A stretch of DNA of 64,000 nucleotides, taken from NCBI GenBank assembly GCA_963815215.1, contig CAWFFU010000011.1, positions 32,001-96,000 of the forward strand, in the 5' to 3' direction. Each line of letters begins with the position of its first letter. The stretch's first letter is position 1. The notes beneath the pieces were generated by a model that saw nothing but the letters and a program-made list of their open reading frames with translations, had not been told where the DNA came from and made no database searches. The DNA is from an uncultured Trueperaceae bacterium (GTDB taxonomy: Bacteria; Deinococcota; Deinococci; Deinococcales; Trueperaceae). Both the position numbers and the translations under genes were made by a program. This document shows, piece by piece, positions 1 to 9,066 of the stretch.

Positions 1-205
1 CGCGTCCCTCATCAGCAGGCGTTCCCGGATCCGTGCCCGCGCCCTCCGCAGTCCGCGAAGGAGGGTGAAGAGCCGAGGGTCACCGATCAAGGTGACTCTC
101 CCCTCGTCCGACCTGAATCATGGAGGACAACGTAGCACGGCACAGCCCCGGCGAGAGTACGGCAGATTCCGTGACAGACGCGATTGACTGCCCCGGGTCG
201 GCGCG

Positions 206-2323
206 CTACTGGCACGTCGTGGCGGCGCCGCGCACTCCCAGGGTATCGAGTTGCGCGTTGACGTCACCGGCTTGCCCCAGACCCGAAGGGACCGTTGCGG
301 CAACGCTGGCCATCGCTCTCTGAGCGTCGGGCTCCGGGCCCCACGAGGCACTGGGGTCGAGCTTGGCGATGTACAGCGGCTGCCGGAGCTGATGGTCCCA
401 GGGCCGGAACGATAGTGGCACCTCCTTGGCGAGATCGAAGGTATGGTCCGGATCCGCGAGGTAGGCCGCGATCGTTGCCGGATCGATGGATCCCGTGGAC
501 GCGCTGGCGCCGGCGACGATCTTGATCGCCATGTAGGTCGACCACGCGCCCGCGTCCATCGCCACGCCGGCCTGCGCAGCGAAGGCCTGGTTGAGGCCGG
601 CCGCCGCCTTGGTATCGAGGGCCGGATCCCACATGACGGGCCGGTAGTCCGACCCGAGCGTGGGGTTGTCCTGCGCCAACTGTTGGAAGACGTAACGATC
701 CTGGGCGTAGGTCGGGAGCAACCCGGTCACCGCCAGGCCCTTGTCCTGGTGCGGGATCTGGCTCAGGAACAGACCCTGCTGCCTGGGATCCAATACCGTT
801 ACCACCAGGTCCGGCGACGACTTCTCTATGGCGCCGATCGCGTCGTAGAAGATCGTGGCGTCCGGAGCCACCCCCAGATGCCCCACGACCGTGCCACCTC
901 CGGCCTTGGAGAGCGCGCGCTGGGCGGCCGCGACGGTCGCTGCCTCGTCGCTCCCGAGGGCCACGACGTACCAGCGCGAGCGATGCGTGGCGACCGACCA
1001 GCGAGCGAGGGCGTCCAGGTACATGGAGTTGCTGGGAGCAACGTGGAACACGAACGCGCTGCACTGACCACGAAGCTCCGCCGACGAGTCCGCGACGTTC
1101 AGGAACGGGACTCCGAGCTGACTCGCGACACGGGCGAGCGCCGCGGCCTGACCGTCCCCCATCCCGCCGATCAAGGCCGACACGTGATCGACCAGCACCA
1201 GCCGGCGGGCCGCGACCGCGGCCGCGGTCGCGGTCGGGCTGCTCGCGAACCGGACGCGCAGGTCACGCCCCGACGACGCGAACGTACGCCCCACAAGGCT
1301 ATCGGCCAGCGAACCGCCGGCCTGCGCCCCGGCTGCACCTGCATCCGTGATCGCGGGGAGCGACGTGGGTATCGGTAGCACCACCCCGACCACCAGCGGC
1401 TGCGGCTGCGGCGGAGGCGACGCCACCGGCTGCGTCACCGAGAGCGTCGGGATGCCTGCGTCGCTCAAGGCGGTCTGGATGCGGCTCCAACCCGCGGCGA
1501 GCGCGTTGTTGACGTCCCGCTGCAGACTGTCGTCACCCGGTCGCACGCCAACGGTCTCGAGATGGAACATGGCGTATCCGGCCGGCGTGATCTCGGGCGT
1601 GACGGCGTGCATCTGGAGGTGGCGCGAAGGCTGCTGGACGAAATACGTCGCATAGGCCCCGTAGAGCATCACGGCGTCGACCGTGCCGTCCTCGAGCTTC
1701 GCGATCAGCGGTGCCATGCTCGGTCCCCCGTCGACCGTGAGGTCCGGCGAGATCGGGACGATACTCGAGGCGAACCCCGCGTCCTGCAGGGCGCTCGCCA
1801 TCAGGGAGTTGGGGGGAACGCCAACTTTGAGGGTCTTCAGGACGGGATCGTCGAGACCCTTCACGGAGAAGCTCGCGTCGCTTCGGTACACGAAAACATA
1901 AGGAATCCGAAGATAGGGGACCGTGTTCACCAGTCCCTGGGCACCCTCGGGAGCGCCCATGACCATATCGCACGCCCCCGGTGCCAGCTCGTGCTGGACC
2001 GCGTAACCGTTGCCACCTGCCGGCGTGTAGACAAGGTCCAGGTTCGCATGCATCTCGTCCGCCAGGATGCCCGCGAGCTTCTCCTCGTAGCCCGGGTGAG
2101 CCCGGTCGGAAGCCGGCGGCTCGTGGGCGGAGACGCACACCCGCAGGTCCCAGCCGGCCTGCTGTGCCGTTGCGGCGGACAGGACGGCCAGAAGGGCCGC
2201 CGCCAAGAGCACCGCCATCGACCAGGAACGATTTCTTGGGCCCCCATCGGCGAGCCGGCCGGGCCGGGCCATGGCCCGCCGGGTGCTGGAACCGGCGTTT
2301 CTAGCGCTGGGTTTCCGCCTCAT
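206..2323 (-). CDS. Fusion of a MoxJ/XoxJ-like quinoprotein-associated periplasmic binding domain and a branched-chain-type ABC substrate-binding domain
   Basis: Signal peptide; N-half LRVC..PP.S....GYEEKLA, CDMVMG, TVPYLRIPYVFVYR (MoxJ-like); Pro linker; C-half LivK-like with LSFRPWDHQLRQP; AGGAGG RBS before ATG 2323 (start inferred). Confidence 0.75.
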   Translation of the reverse strand: MRRKPSARNAGSSTRRAMARPGRLADGGPRNRSWSMAVLLAAALLAVLSAATAQQAGWDLRVCVSAHEPPASDRAHPGYEEKLAGILADEMHANLDLVYTPAGGNGYAVQHELAPGACDMVMGAPEGAQGLVNTVPYLRIPYVFVYRSDASFSVKGLDDPVLKTLKVGVPPNSLMASALQDAGFASSIVPISPDLTVDGGPSMAPLIAKLEDGTVDAVMLYGAYATYFVQQPSRHLQMHAVTPEITPAGYAMFHLETVGVRPGDDSLQRDVNNALAAGWSRIQTALSDAGIPTLSVTQPVASPPPQPQPLVVGVVLPIPTSLPAITDAGAAGAQAGGSLADSLVGRTFASSGRDLRVRFASSPTATAAAVAARRLVLVDHVSALIGGMGDGQAAALARVASQLGVPFLNVADSSAELRGQCSAFVFHVAPSNSMYLDALARWSVATHRSRWYVVALGSDEAATVAAAQRALSKAGGGTVVGHLGVAPDATIFYDAIGAIEKSSPDLVVTVLDPRQQGLFLSQIPHQDKGLAVTGLLPTYAQDRYVFQQLAQDNPTLGSDYRPVMWDPALDTKAAAGLNQAFAAQAGVAMDAGAWSTYMAIKIVAGASASTGSIDPATIAAYLADPDHTFDLAKEVPLSFRPWDHQLRQPLYIAKLDPSASWGPEPDAQRAMASVAATVPSGLGQAGDVNAQLDTLGVRGAATTCQ

Positions 2324-2367
2324 CGGTGAACGAACCTCCTGCGCCCCCACGGGACGGGGGCAGATAG

Positions 2368-2402
2368 ACGGTGGGGTGCTCGGCACGCGGGCACCCCACC
2401 GT
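2368..2402 (-). other. Intercistronic GC-rich stem-loop between the dehydrogenase and the MoxJ fusion
   Basis: acggtggggtgctcg...cgggcaccccaccgt inverted repeat. Confidence 0.5.
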
Positions 2403-2430
2403 GATGTCATGGATCGCCTTCCGCTCTAGC

Positions 2431-4143
2431 TCAGTTCCCGGAGCTTGGAAGCGCGAACACGAAGACCGAAACGTCTCCCGTCACCGGATCCGACACCTTC
2501 TTCTGGTGGTGGATCACGATGCCGCCCAGACCGCCGTCGATGATGGCGACGTACTGCTTGCCGTTCACTTCGTAGCTGATCGGGTTGCTCGCCACGTACG
2601 CCGGCAGCACCTGATCGAACAGCACCTTACCGGTCTTGGCGTCCAGAGCGCGGAAGTGCCGGTCGGGGTTCCCGAAGAACACCAGGTTGCCCTTGGTCAC
2701 GACGGGACCGCTGTACTGCGAGTACGGCGAGGGGAACGACCAGGCGACCTTGCCCGTGGTCGGATCGATGGCCGAGATCGCTCCGATGTGGTCGAACATC
2801 TCGGTCTGAGCGACCAGGCCGTAGTTGATCGGGTTCTGGCCCGGCTTCCAATCCGCCGCGCGCGGGTTGTCCGTCACCTGCTCGCAGTCGTTGTTGGTGG
2901 GGCGGTAGTACAGGCCGGTATCCGGGCTGAACGCCGCGGGCTCGAAGTCGACCCAGCGGAACATGCAGATCAGCTTCGTCTGACCCGGCTTGGTGAAGCG
3001 ATAGGAATCATCGATGATGGGCTTGCCATCCGCCGTGAACCCCTTGAGGTAGCTGGTCTTCGGCGCTTCCTGGAACGCGTTGATCCACTTGCCCGTCGCC
3101 GCATCCACTTCAACCAGGAAACCCTGTGTGGTCGCCAGCATTGCCACATTCTGCTTCTGACCGTTGACGGTCACGGGGGCGATGACCGGCGTCGGAATCT
3201 CGTCACCGTCCCACACACCGTTGGGAACGATCTGCTTGTACCACTTCAGCTTGCCGGTGGTCACGTCGAGCGCGACCCAGCTGTCCGTGTACAGGTTGCT
3301 CCCGCTACGCACCGTCTTGCCGTTGTTGTCCAGCGTTCCCCAGGGGATCGGCTGGCCCACGCCGTAGATCACCGTCTTCGAGGCGGGATCGTACGCGCCC
3401 GGCGTCCACGCCGACGCGCCACCCCACTGCGCCGCGCTCGGCGGCTGCCACGTGTCGAAGCCCGGCTCGCCCGGCTGCGGGACCGTGTGGAACGTCCACA
3501 GGATCTCACCGCTGTTCACGTCCATCGCGATGACCCGACCGTTGTTGCCGCCGGTATCGGCGCCGGACGGACCCACGATGATCTTGCCGTCGCCGAAGAT
3601 CGGTCCGGCACTGAAGCCCTCACCGGTCTTGATGGCTCCGACCTGCGTGCTCCAGATCTGCTTGCCGGACTTGGCGTCCAACGCAACGACCCGGCCGTCA
3701 CCCGTGGTCCAGAACACCTTGCCCTCGTAAACCACGACGCTGCCGCGTTGGCGCTGCGCCGTCAGCGAGTTGGTGTTCTTGTCCAGCGTGACCTTATGCT
3801 CCCACACCAGATCGCCGTTGGTGGCGTCCAGCGCGTCCACCCGGTCAGGGCCGTTGATGTACAGGATCCCGCCGTACTCCACCGGCGAGCCCTGGGGCTC
3901 GTATACCGTGCTGAGACCGCGGCTCCACGCCATGCGCAACGTGCCCACATTGTCCGTGTTGATCTGATCCAGCGGGCTGTAGCGCCACATCTGCAAGTTG
4001 CGCCCGTACGTCGGCCAATCGCCTGCCGCCGGGTTCGTCAGCTGCTCCGTCGTCTGGGCGAACACCGCCGGCGCCATCAACAACAGCGCGAGAAGCACTC
4101 CACCCATCACCTTGAGCCCCTTGTGGGACATTGCCCTGCTCAC
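2431..4143 (-). CDS. PQQ-dependent dehydrogenase (type I quinoprotein, no heme), secreted
   Basis: DWPTYGRN..MWRYSPLDQIN, repeated ALDA.TG...W propeller motifs, WDGDE, NPISYEVNGKQYVAI; start GTG 4143 or ATG 4131. Confidence 0.92.
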   Translation of the reverse strand: MSRAMSHKGLKVMGGVLLALLLMAPAVFAQTTEQLTNPAAGDWPTYGRNLQMWRYSPLDQINTDNVGTLRMAWSRGLSTVYEPQGSPVEYGGILYINGPDRVDALDATNGDLVWEHKVTLDKNTNSLTAQRQRGSVVVYEGKVFWTTGDGRVVALDAKSGKQIWSTQVGAIKTGEGFSAGPIFGDGKIIVGPSGADTGGNNGRVIAMDVNSGEILWTFHTVPQPGEPGFDTWQPPSAAQWGGASAWTPGAYDPASKTVIYGVGQPIPWGTLDNNGKTVRSGSNLYTDSWVALDVTTGKLKWYKQIVPNGVWDGDEIPTPVIAPVTVNGQKQNVAMLATTQGFLVEVDAATGKWINAFQEAPKTSYLKGFTADGKPIIDDSYRFTKPGQTKLICMFRWVDFEPAAFSPDTGLYYRPTNNDCEQVTDNPRAADWKPGQNPINYGLVAQTEMFDHIGAISAIDPTTGKVAWSFPSPYSQYSGPVVTKGNLVFFGNPDRHFRALDAKTGKVLFDQVLPAYVASNPISYEVNGKQYVAIIDGGLGGIVIHHQKKVSDPVTGDVSVFVFALPSSGN

Positions 4144-4246
4144 CTCTGCCACCCCTTTCAGGTGTGATTTCGTATGAACTGCCTTGGACATCTCGGGGAT
4201 TCACGGCCCAACGGCCCGAGGTCTCCCTACGGACCGACCATCTCGC

Positions 4247-5053
4247 TCACTTCGATAGGATCTGGCTCACCTCCTTTGCGGTCACGGCGCCATAGTCATT
4301 GCCCCACGACGTCCTCACGTACGTCGCAGCGCCCGCGATCTGGTCCTTCGATAGCGCCTTGCCGAAGGGCGGCATGAAGTGCCCGCCGTAGAAGATCTGC
4401 CGTACCACCATCTCGGTATTGCTCAGCTTGTCGTTCCCGACGAATTTCGGCCCCTTGCCGCCTTCGCCACTGGCTCCGTGACAAGCCGAGCAGATGTTGT
4501 CGAAGATCGGTTGGCCCGCGCCGCGCAGGTTCGACAGCTCCATGGCGCTGACGTTCGACGCCGTCGGCTGCTTGGCGCTCGCCGTGCTGCTGCTGGCCGG
4601 TGCAGGAGGCTTGATCGACTCGCCGTAGGGGGAAACCAGATCCCACTCCCCGCCGTGGGCGTTCACGCCCTCACCGTTGGTGTCACCCGACGCTTTGTCT
4701 TTGACGAAGGTGTACAGGGGGAGGCCGTTGTAGGTGACCTGCAGCGTCCCGTCCTGGCGCTTGATGGTGCCGAGAAGGCTGGCGGCCACGCCGGACGCCC
4801 CCGTAGGCGTTCCCGTGACGGCAAGCGGCGGCCACGCCTGGGCACAGGCGCCGCTGCAAGTGCTCGTATCCTTCGAATCGGAACTCAGGACGTACAGACT
4901 CTGCCCATTCCCGTCCACGAGGTACGTGCCGTAAGTCTTGCTCGTCGCCACCTGGACAGTCGGTGCTGAAGTCGAGCTCTGGCCCAACGCCAGGGCAAAC
5001 GCCAGCACCACCAAGGTGAGCCCAGAAATCAAGACAAGTCTACGCATAGGCAT
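4247..5053 (-). CDS. Secreted COG4315 (Yx[FWY]xxD repeat) domain fused to class I cytochrome c
   Basis: Signal peptide; SLYVLSSD...CSGACAQAWPP and QVTYNGLPLYTFVKD...GDTNGEG repeats; C-terminal CSACH...MPPF; GAGGAG RBS. Confidence 0.8.
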   Translation of the reverse strand: MPMRRLVLISGLTLVVLAFALALGQSSTSAPTVQVATSKTYGTYLVDGNGQSLYVLSSDSKDTSTCSGACAQAWPPLAVTGTPTGASGVAASLLGTIKRQDGTLQVTYNGLPLYTFVKDKASGDTNGEGVNAHGGEWDLVSPYGESIKPPAPASSSTASAKQPTASNVSAMELSNLRGAGQPIFDNICSACHGASGEGGKGPKFVGNDKLSNTEMVVRQIFYGGHFMPPFGKALSKDQIAGAATYVRTSWGNDYGAVTAKEVSQILSK

Positions 5054-5066
5054 CCGCTCACTCCTC

Positions 5067-5098
5067 AAAAAAACCTGGGGGGCACCTTCAGGTGCCCC
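5067..5098 (-). terminator. Intrinsic-terminator-like hairpin with U7 tract immediately upstream of the RBS of 4247..5053
   Basis: Minus strand GGGGCACC-TGAA-GGTGCCCC-CCAGG-TTTTTTT-GAGGAG. Confidence 0.7.
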
Positions 5099-5263
5099 GC
5101 CGTGGCTCGTGTTTGACTGTCGTACGTTAACGCCGTCACCCGGCAGGCAATGGTGGCTTCCGTTACATTGTTGGGCGAAATTGGGACGTATGTCCCTAGC
5201 GGTTGGATCCAGGCTATGCATAGAAGCTCCTAGGAAGGATCAGCAGCTATCGTGTCTCGGTCG

Positions 5264-6001
5264 TCACGACTTGAGTTGCCGAACGGCGTCGCGCGATGCC
5301 TTCCAGAGAGCCGGGTCCTCGGGGTCCCGCGGCCGCGGGAAAGCTTCGGAGAGCCGGAACTCGCTACGCACGCGCCCAGGGCTGGCGCTCATCACGACGA
5401 CGCGGTCCGCGAGCAGTACTGCCTCGAGGGGATTGTGCGTCACCATCACCACGGTGCAGCCGAGCTCCCGCCAGAGACCCAGCAGCTCCTGCCGCATGGT
5501 CATCGCAGTCAGCTCGTCCAACGCACTGAACGGCTCGTCCATGAAGAGGATGTCCGGCTCCACGATCAGAGCGCGCGCCACGGCGACACGTTGCTGCATA
5601 CCGACCGACAGCCGCGAGGGGAACTCGCGTCCCAGCCCGGTCAACCCGACGCGCGCCAGCCATTGATCCTGGGCGGCCGTGTCCGAGCGTTTGGCTCCGT
5701 CGAGCACGAAGGCCAGGTTGTCTCGCACCCGCAACCACGGCAACAAGCGTGACTCCTGGAAGACGTGACTGATGACGGGCCCGTTGATGCCTCCGGACTC
5801 GAGTGCCACGCGCCCTGCATCGGGCCGGTCCAAGCCGGAGAGGATCTTCAGAAGGGTCGTCTTGCCGCAACCGGAGGGCCCGAGCAACGCAACGAACTCG
5901 CCGGCGTCGACCTCCAGGCTCACGCCGGCCACCGCCACGCGCTCACCGCCCCCTTCCAGGGGGAACCGCCGCACGATGCCCTCTGCAACGATCGCCGCCA
6001 C
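5264..6001 (-). CDS. NitT/TauT-family ABC transporter ATP-binding protein
   Basis: [30 protein letters not shown]. Confidence 0.93.
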   Translation of the reverse strand: MAAIVAEGIVRRFPLEGGGERVAVAGVSLEVDAGEFVALLGPSGCGKTTLLKILSGLDRPDAGRVALESGGINGPVISHVFQESRLLPWLRVRDNLAFVLDGAKRSDTAAQDQWLARVGLTGLGREFPSRLSVGMQQRVAVARALIVEPDILFMDEPFSALDELTAMTMRQELLGLWRELGCTVVMVTHNPLEAVLLADRVVVMSASPGRVRSEFRLSEAFPRPRDPEDPALWKASRDAVRQLKS

Positions 6002-6004
6002 AGG

Positions 6005-6898
6005 TCAGATCTCCCCCGCGCCCGTGGCGCGCCAACGGAACGCCCTGCGCTGCAACGTACCCAGGAGGGCGACATCGATCACGGCGAGGACCACCATCAT
6101 GGTGACGCCGTACGCCAGCACGCCCTTCATGTTGAACATCTGGAAGTAGAAGGAGATCATGTACCCGACGCCGTTCGTCCGGCCCAACAGCTCGGCCAGC
6201 ACGACCATCTTCCAGGCCAGGGACAGCGAGGCGCGGGCCGTGCCGATGACGTAGGGCATGAGTTGCGGCAGGATGACACGGAGCCAGATCTCCGCCCGCC
6301 GCCGACCGAAGGCGTGCGCCATCTCCAGGAGCTTCGTGTCGAGCGCGCGCGTGCCCTCTCGGAGCTGCACCACTACCGTCGGCGTGATCGTGATCACCAG
6401 GGCCCCGATGGCGGCCAGATCGTTGAGGCCAAGCAGCAGGTAGGCGACGACGAACAGGACGATACGGGGCACCGTCAGGCCGGCCAGCAACCAGCCCCCC
6501 AATAGGCGGTCCACCGTGCGCGAGAGGCCCATGGCCGCCCCAGCGATCACGCCAAGGAGCATACCGACGGAGAAGGCTACGAGAACGCGCTCAGCCGTAG
6601 CACCCAGGTTGAACAGGAGCGCCCCGCGCTGGTACTCCGCGGCGATGAACGCCAGCGTGCTCAGGGGGCCCGGCATGAGTTGCGACGGCAAGGCGCGGGC
6701 GAGGACCAACCACGCCGCCAGGATGGACGCGTAGGAGAGCGCCGTCCACCATCGTTGGGCGGATCGGCGCCTTCCAGCGCTTCGCCGATCCGCCAGCTGC
6801 CTGGCGGCGTCCACGGGATGAACCGCCGGTCGATCGCTCTCCGTAGCGAGCCTCCGTATCAGCCGTGCTTCACGGCGCGTACTTCGTTGTGAACGCAT
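6005..6898 (-). CDS. NitT/TauT-family ABC transporter permease (start uncertain)
   Basis: Multiple TM helices, LLEMAHAFG...[21 protein letters not shown]. Confidence 0.9.
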   Translation of the reverse strand: MRSQRSTRREARLIRRLATESDRPAVHPVDAARQLADRRSAGRRRSAQRWWTALSYASILAAWLVLARALPSQLMPGPLSTLAFIAAEYQRGALLFNLGATAERVLVAFSVGMLLGVIAGAAMGLSRTVDRLLGGWLLAGLTVPRIVLFVVAYLLLGLNDLAAIGALVITITPTVVVQLREGTRALDTKLLEMAHAFGRRRAEIWLRVILPQLMPYVIGTARASLSLAWKMVVLAELLGRTNGVGYMISFYFQMFNMKGVLAYGVTMMVVLAVIDVALLGTLQRRAFRWRATGAGEI

Positions 6899-7853
6899 CG
6901 GCGGGAAGCTTGCTCACGCCCACGACGTTCGCCCCCGCGACTTTGACGAGCTGGTTGACGAGCGTCACGAGCCCATCGATCACGCCCTGGTTCCAGGCCG
7001 TTGGCAGGCCGGCCTCCCAACGCTTCCGCACCGACGGGAACAGCGACGGGTCGGGAAGACTGTACAGACCCTGGTCCAGGATCTTCTGCCACACGCCGTC
7101 CATGCTGTCGGCCGACATCCGTTGCTCGGTCTCCTTCATCGCCGCCAGGAAAGCGGTGACGGCCTTGGGATCTGCACCCTGCCGCGCGACGACCACCAGG
7201 ATCGGGAGGTCCGTCCGCATGCCGAGCTGGGCAAGCATGTCGGTGACGTTCATGATGTTGCGGTCCTGGCCCGAGCCCACCATCCGCGCCACGAAGTGCC
7301 AGTACGGGATGGCGGCATCGATCTTTCCGCTCGCCAGCAGCTGTGTCATCAGCGGCGGTGCAGCAGACAGGACCTTGCCGTCCACCTGCGGGTCGAAGCC
7401 GTACTTGCTGGTCGTGAGCGCACGCAGGATCAGAAGACTCTTGTCGCCCAGGCTGGACGCCGCGATCGTCTTGCCCTTCAGATCCGCGATGGACGTGATC
7501 GGGCTGTCCGCACGCACGACGACCCCGCCCGTGGCCTTGCTGTACGGATACACCGCCTGCACGGGAATCCCGTTGTTCCTGTCCTGGACCACGCCGATGA
7601 AGTCGTCAACGACGATGTCGGCGGCGCCTTCCTGTAGCGCAAGCCGTGAGGCCTGCTTGGTGGCGTACTTGGTCGATTGAACGTCTAGACCGTACTTGGC
7701 GTCGAGCCCGTAGTAATGCATCGCGTACACGACCCACGAGAACGTGCCGGCCGACTCCAACCCGACCTTGATAGGCATGGCCTGCTGCGCCGCGGCCGTT
7801 CCCGATCCCACGGTCGCGATGACGACGAACCAAGCGAGCACCCACTTGCGCAT
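6870..7853 (-). CDS. NitT/TauT-family substrate-binding protein, PqqT-like
   Basis: Signal peptide; GTFSW...GLD, ALQEGAADIVV, PYSKATGGVVV..DSPI.SIADLKGK, DKSLLILRA, AAPPL, YWHFVAR. Confidence 0.85.
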   Translation of the reverse strand: MRKWVLAWFVVIATVGSGTAAAQQAMPIKVGLESAGTFSWVVYAMHYYGLDAKYGLDVQSTKYATKQASRLALQEGAADIVVDDFIGVVQDRNNGIPVQAVYPYSKATGGVVVRADSPITSIADLKGKTIAASSLGDKSLLILRALTTSKYGFDPQVDGKVLSAAPPLMTQLLASGKIDAAIPYWHFVARMVGSGQDRNIMNVTDMLAQLGMRTDLPILVVVARQGADPKAVTAFLAAMKETEQRMSADSMDGVWQKILDQGLYSLPDPSLFPSVRKRWEAGLPTAWNQGVIDGLVTLVNQLVKVAGANVVGVSKLPADAFTTKYAP

Positions 7854-8084
7854 GACAACCCTCTCCCTTCACATCGGTGATGCAGCCAACGGATTGCCCG
7901 AAGAGTCTCGACTCGAAGGTGCCAACCAACAGCACAGGCTCGCGTCCGCGTACCTACACGCGCTCCGACCTCCGGCGCAGCTGCAGATCCAACAAGGCCT
8001 CGACGATAGCAGCATCCGTACCGGCAGGGGCCAACAAGTACTACGTGCCGACTCGACCGGGCGAGGAACCGGTCTTCCACCAAG

Positions 8085-8117
8085 AGGCGCGCGTCCGGAG
8101 GATCCGGGCGCGCGCCT
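8085..8117 (-). terminator. Stem-loop downstream of cytochrome c gene
   Basis: aggcgcgcgtccgga/tccgggcgcgcgcct inverted repeat; weak U-tract. Confidence 0.5.
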
Positions 8118-8135
8118 GGGCTGCCTGTTGCTCTC

Positions 8136-8639
8136 TCAGAGACCGAGCTTCTGACGTTCGTCGTGCGTCTGCTGTGGCGTCAGATCGGCGCTGCCGTGGG
8201 CCGCCTTGACCTCATCGAGCGTGAAAGGCTTCCAATCCTTGGGAAGCTGCGCGTCGTTGCCCCACGCCGTGCTGACGTAGTTGAGTACGTCCGTGATCTC
8301 CTGGTCCGACAGGATCTTGCCCCAGGTCGGCATCTGGCCGTTGTAGGTCTGCCCGCCCACCGTGATCTCGCCGGTGGTCCCGAAGATCACGACGTGCTCC
8401 AGTGAGGTGCGGCCCGCATCGCCCTTCTGGAAGTAGGCCGGGACGGTACCCGCCAGCGGCGGGAAGGCGCCGGGGACGCCTGCGCCGGTGGCCTGATGGC
8501 ACGCGACGCAGCTACTCGTATACACCGCCTCGCCGGCGGACGTGTCCAGGCCCTTCGACTGGGCCGAAACGCCGACCTGCCACAGAGCTGCGACCCCCAA
8601 CACCGTCACCACGCCGACCATCCAACGGACCTGTTTCAC
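8136..8639 (-). CDS. Periplasmic cytochrome c (c552-like)
   Basis: Signal peptide, CVACH, GVPGAFPPLAG, YNGQMP; GGAGG RBS before GTG. Confidence 0.92.
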   Translation of the reverse strand: MKQVRWMVGVVTVLGVAALWQVGVSAQSKGLDTSAGEAVYTSSCVACHQATGAGVPGAFPPLAGTVPAYFQKGDAGRTSLEHVVIFGTTGEITVGGQTYNGQMPTWGKILSDQEITDVLNYVSTAWGNDAQLPKDWKPFTLDEVKAAHGSADLTPQQTHDERQKLGL

Positions 8640-9066
8640 GTACGCCTCCCAGGCGGGATGTCACCCGCATGAAGCTGCCTGCACATCCCGCATAATGTAG
8701 CCCTGGTCCGTGCGAAGCGTCAAGCACCGTCACGACGCGAAGGCGCGCGCCGCAGCAGGCGCTCGCACGATCCGAGCGCGCTAGAGCCAAACGTCCCGAA
8801 CCCTATAGACAATCGTGAACGTAGTGTTAGACTCACCCAAGTCCGGCCGACCACGTTACGGCTGACGATCCGGTTCGCGGCCAGAGCGTCGAGCCGAAGT
8901 CGCGAAGGGTGTCTACTGGCCCGTCATCAAGGGTCCCGCGATGTCACGTCACGGGCAGACTGGCCTCCTCGACCGACCGCACGTCACCGTCCGTGGGAGT
9001 CGTACGTCAATCCAAGATCAGGGTGGTGATGGAGCGTCCCGTACCACCCGCGTGGAGTGAGGGTGC

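Noticed and set aside
7685..8083. Cys-rich 132-aa ORF upstream of the SBP
   Set aside because: It overlaps the SBP out of frame, lacks a convincing RBS and has no family motif.
9058..9060. In-frame TGA before ctaC as selenocysteine or read-through
   Set aside because: ctaC has its own RBS and GTG, the upstream peptide is not oxidase-like, and I recognised no SECIS.
4144..9066. Hidden pqqA-type precursor peptide in island intergenic regions
   Set aside because: I found no short ORF with an RBS and ExxxY core by eye; the search was not exhaustive.
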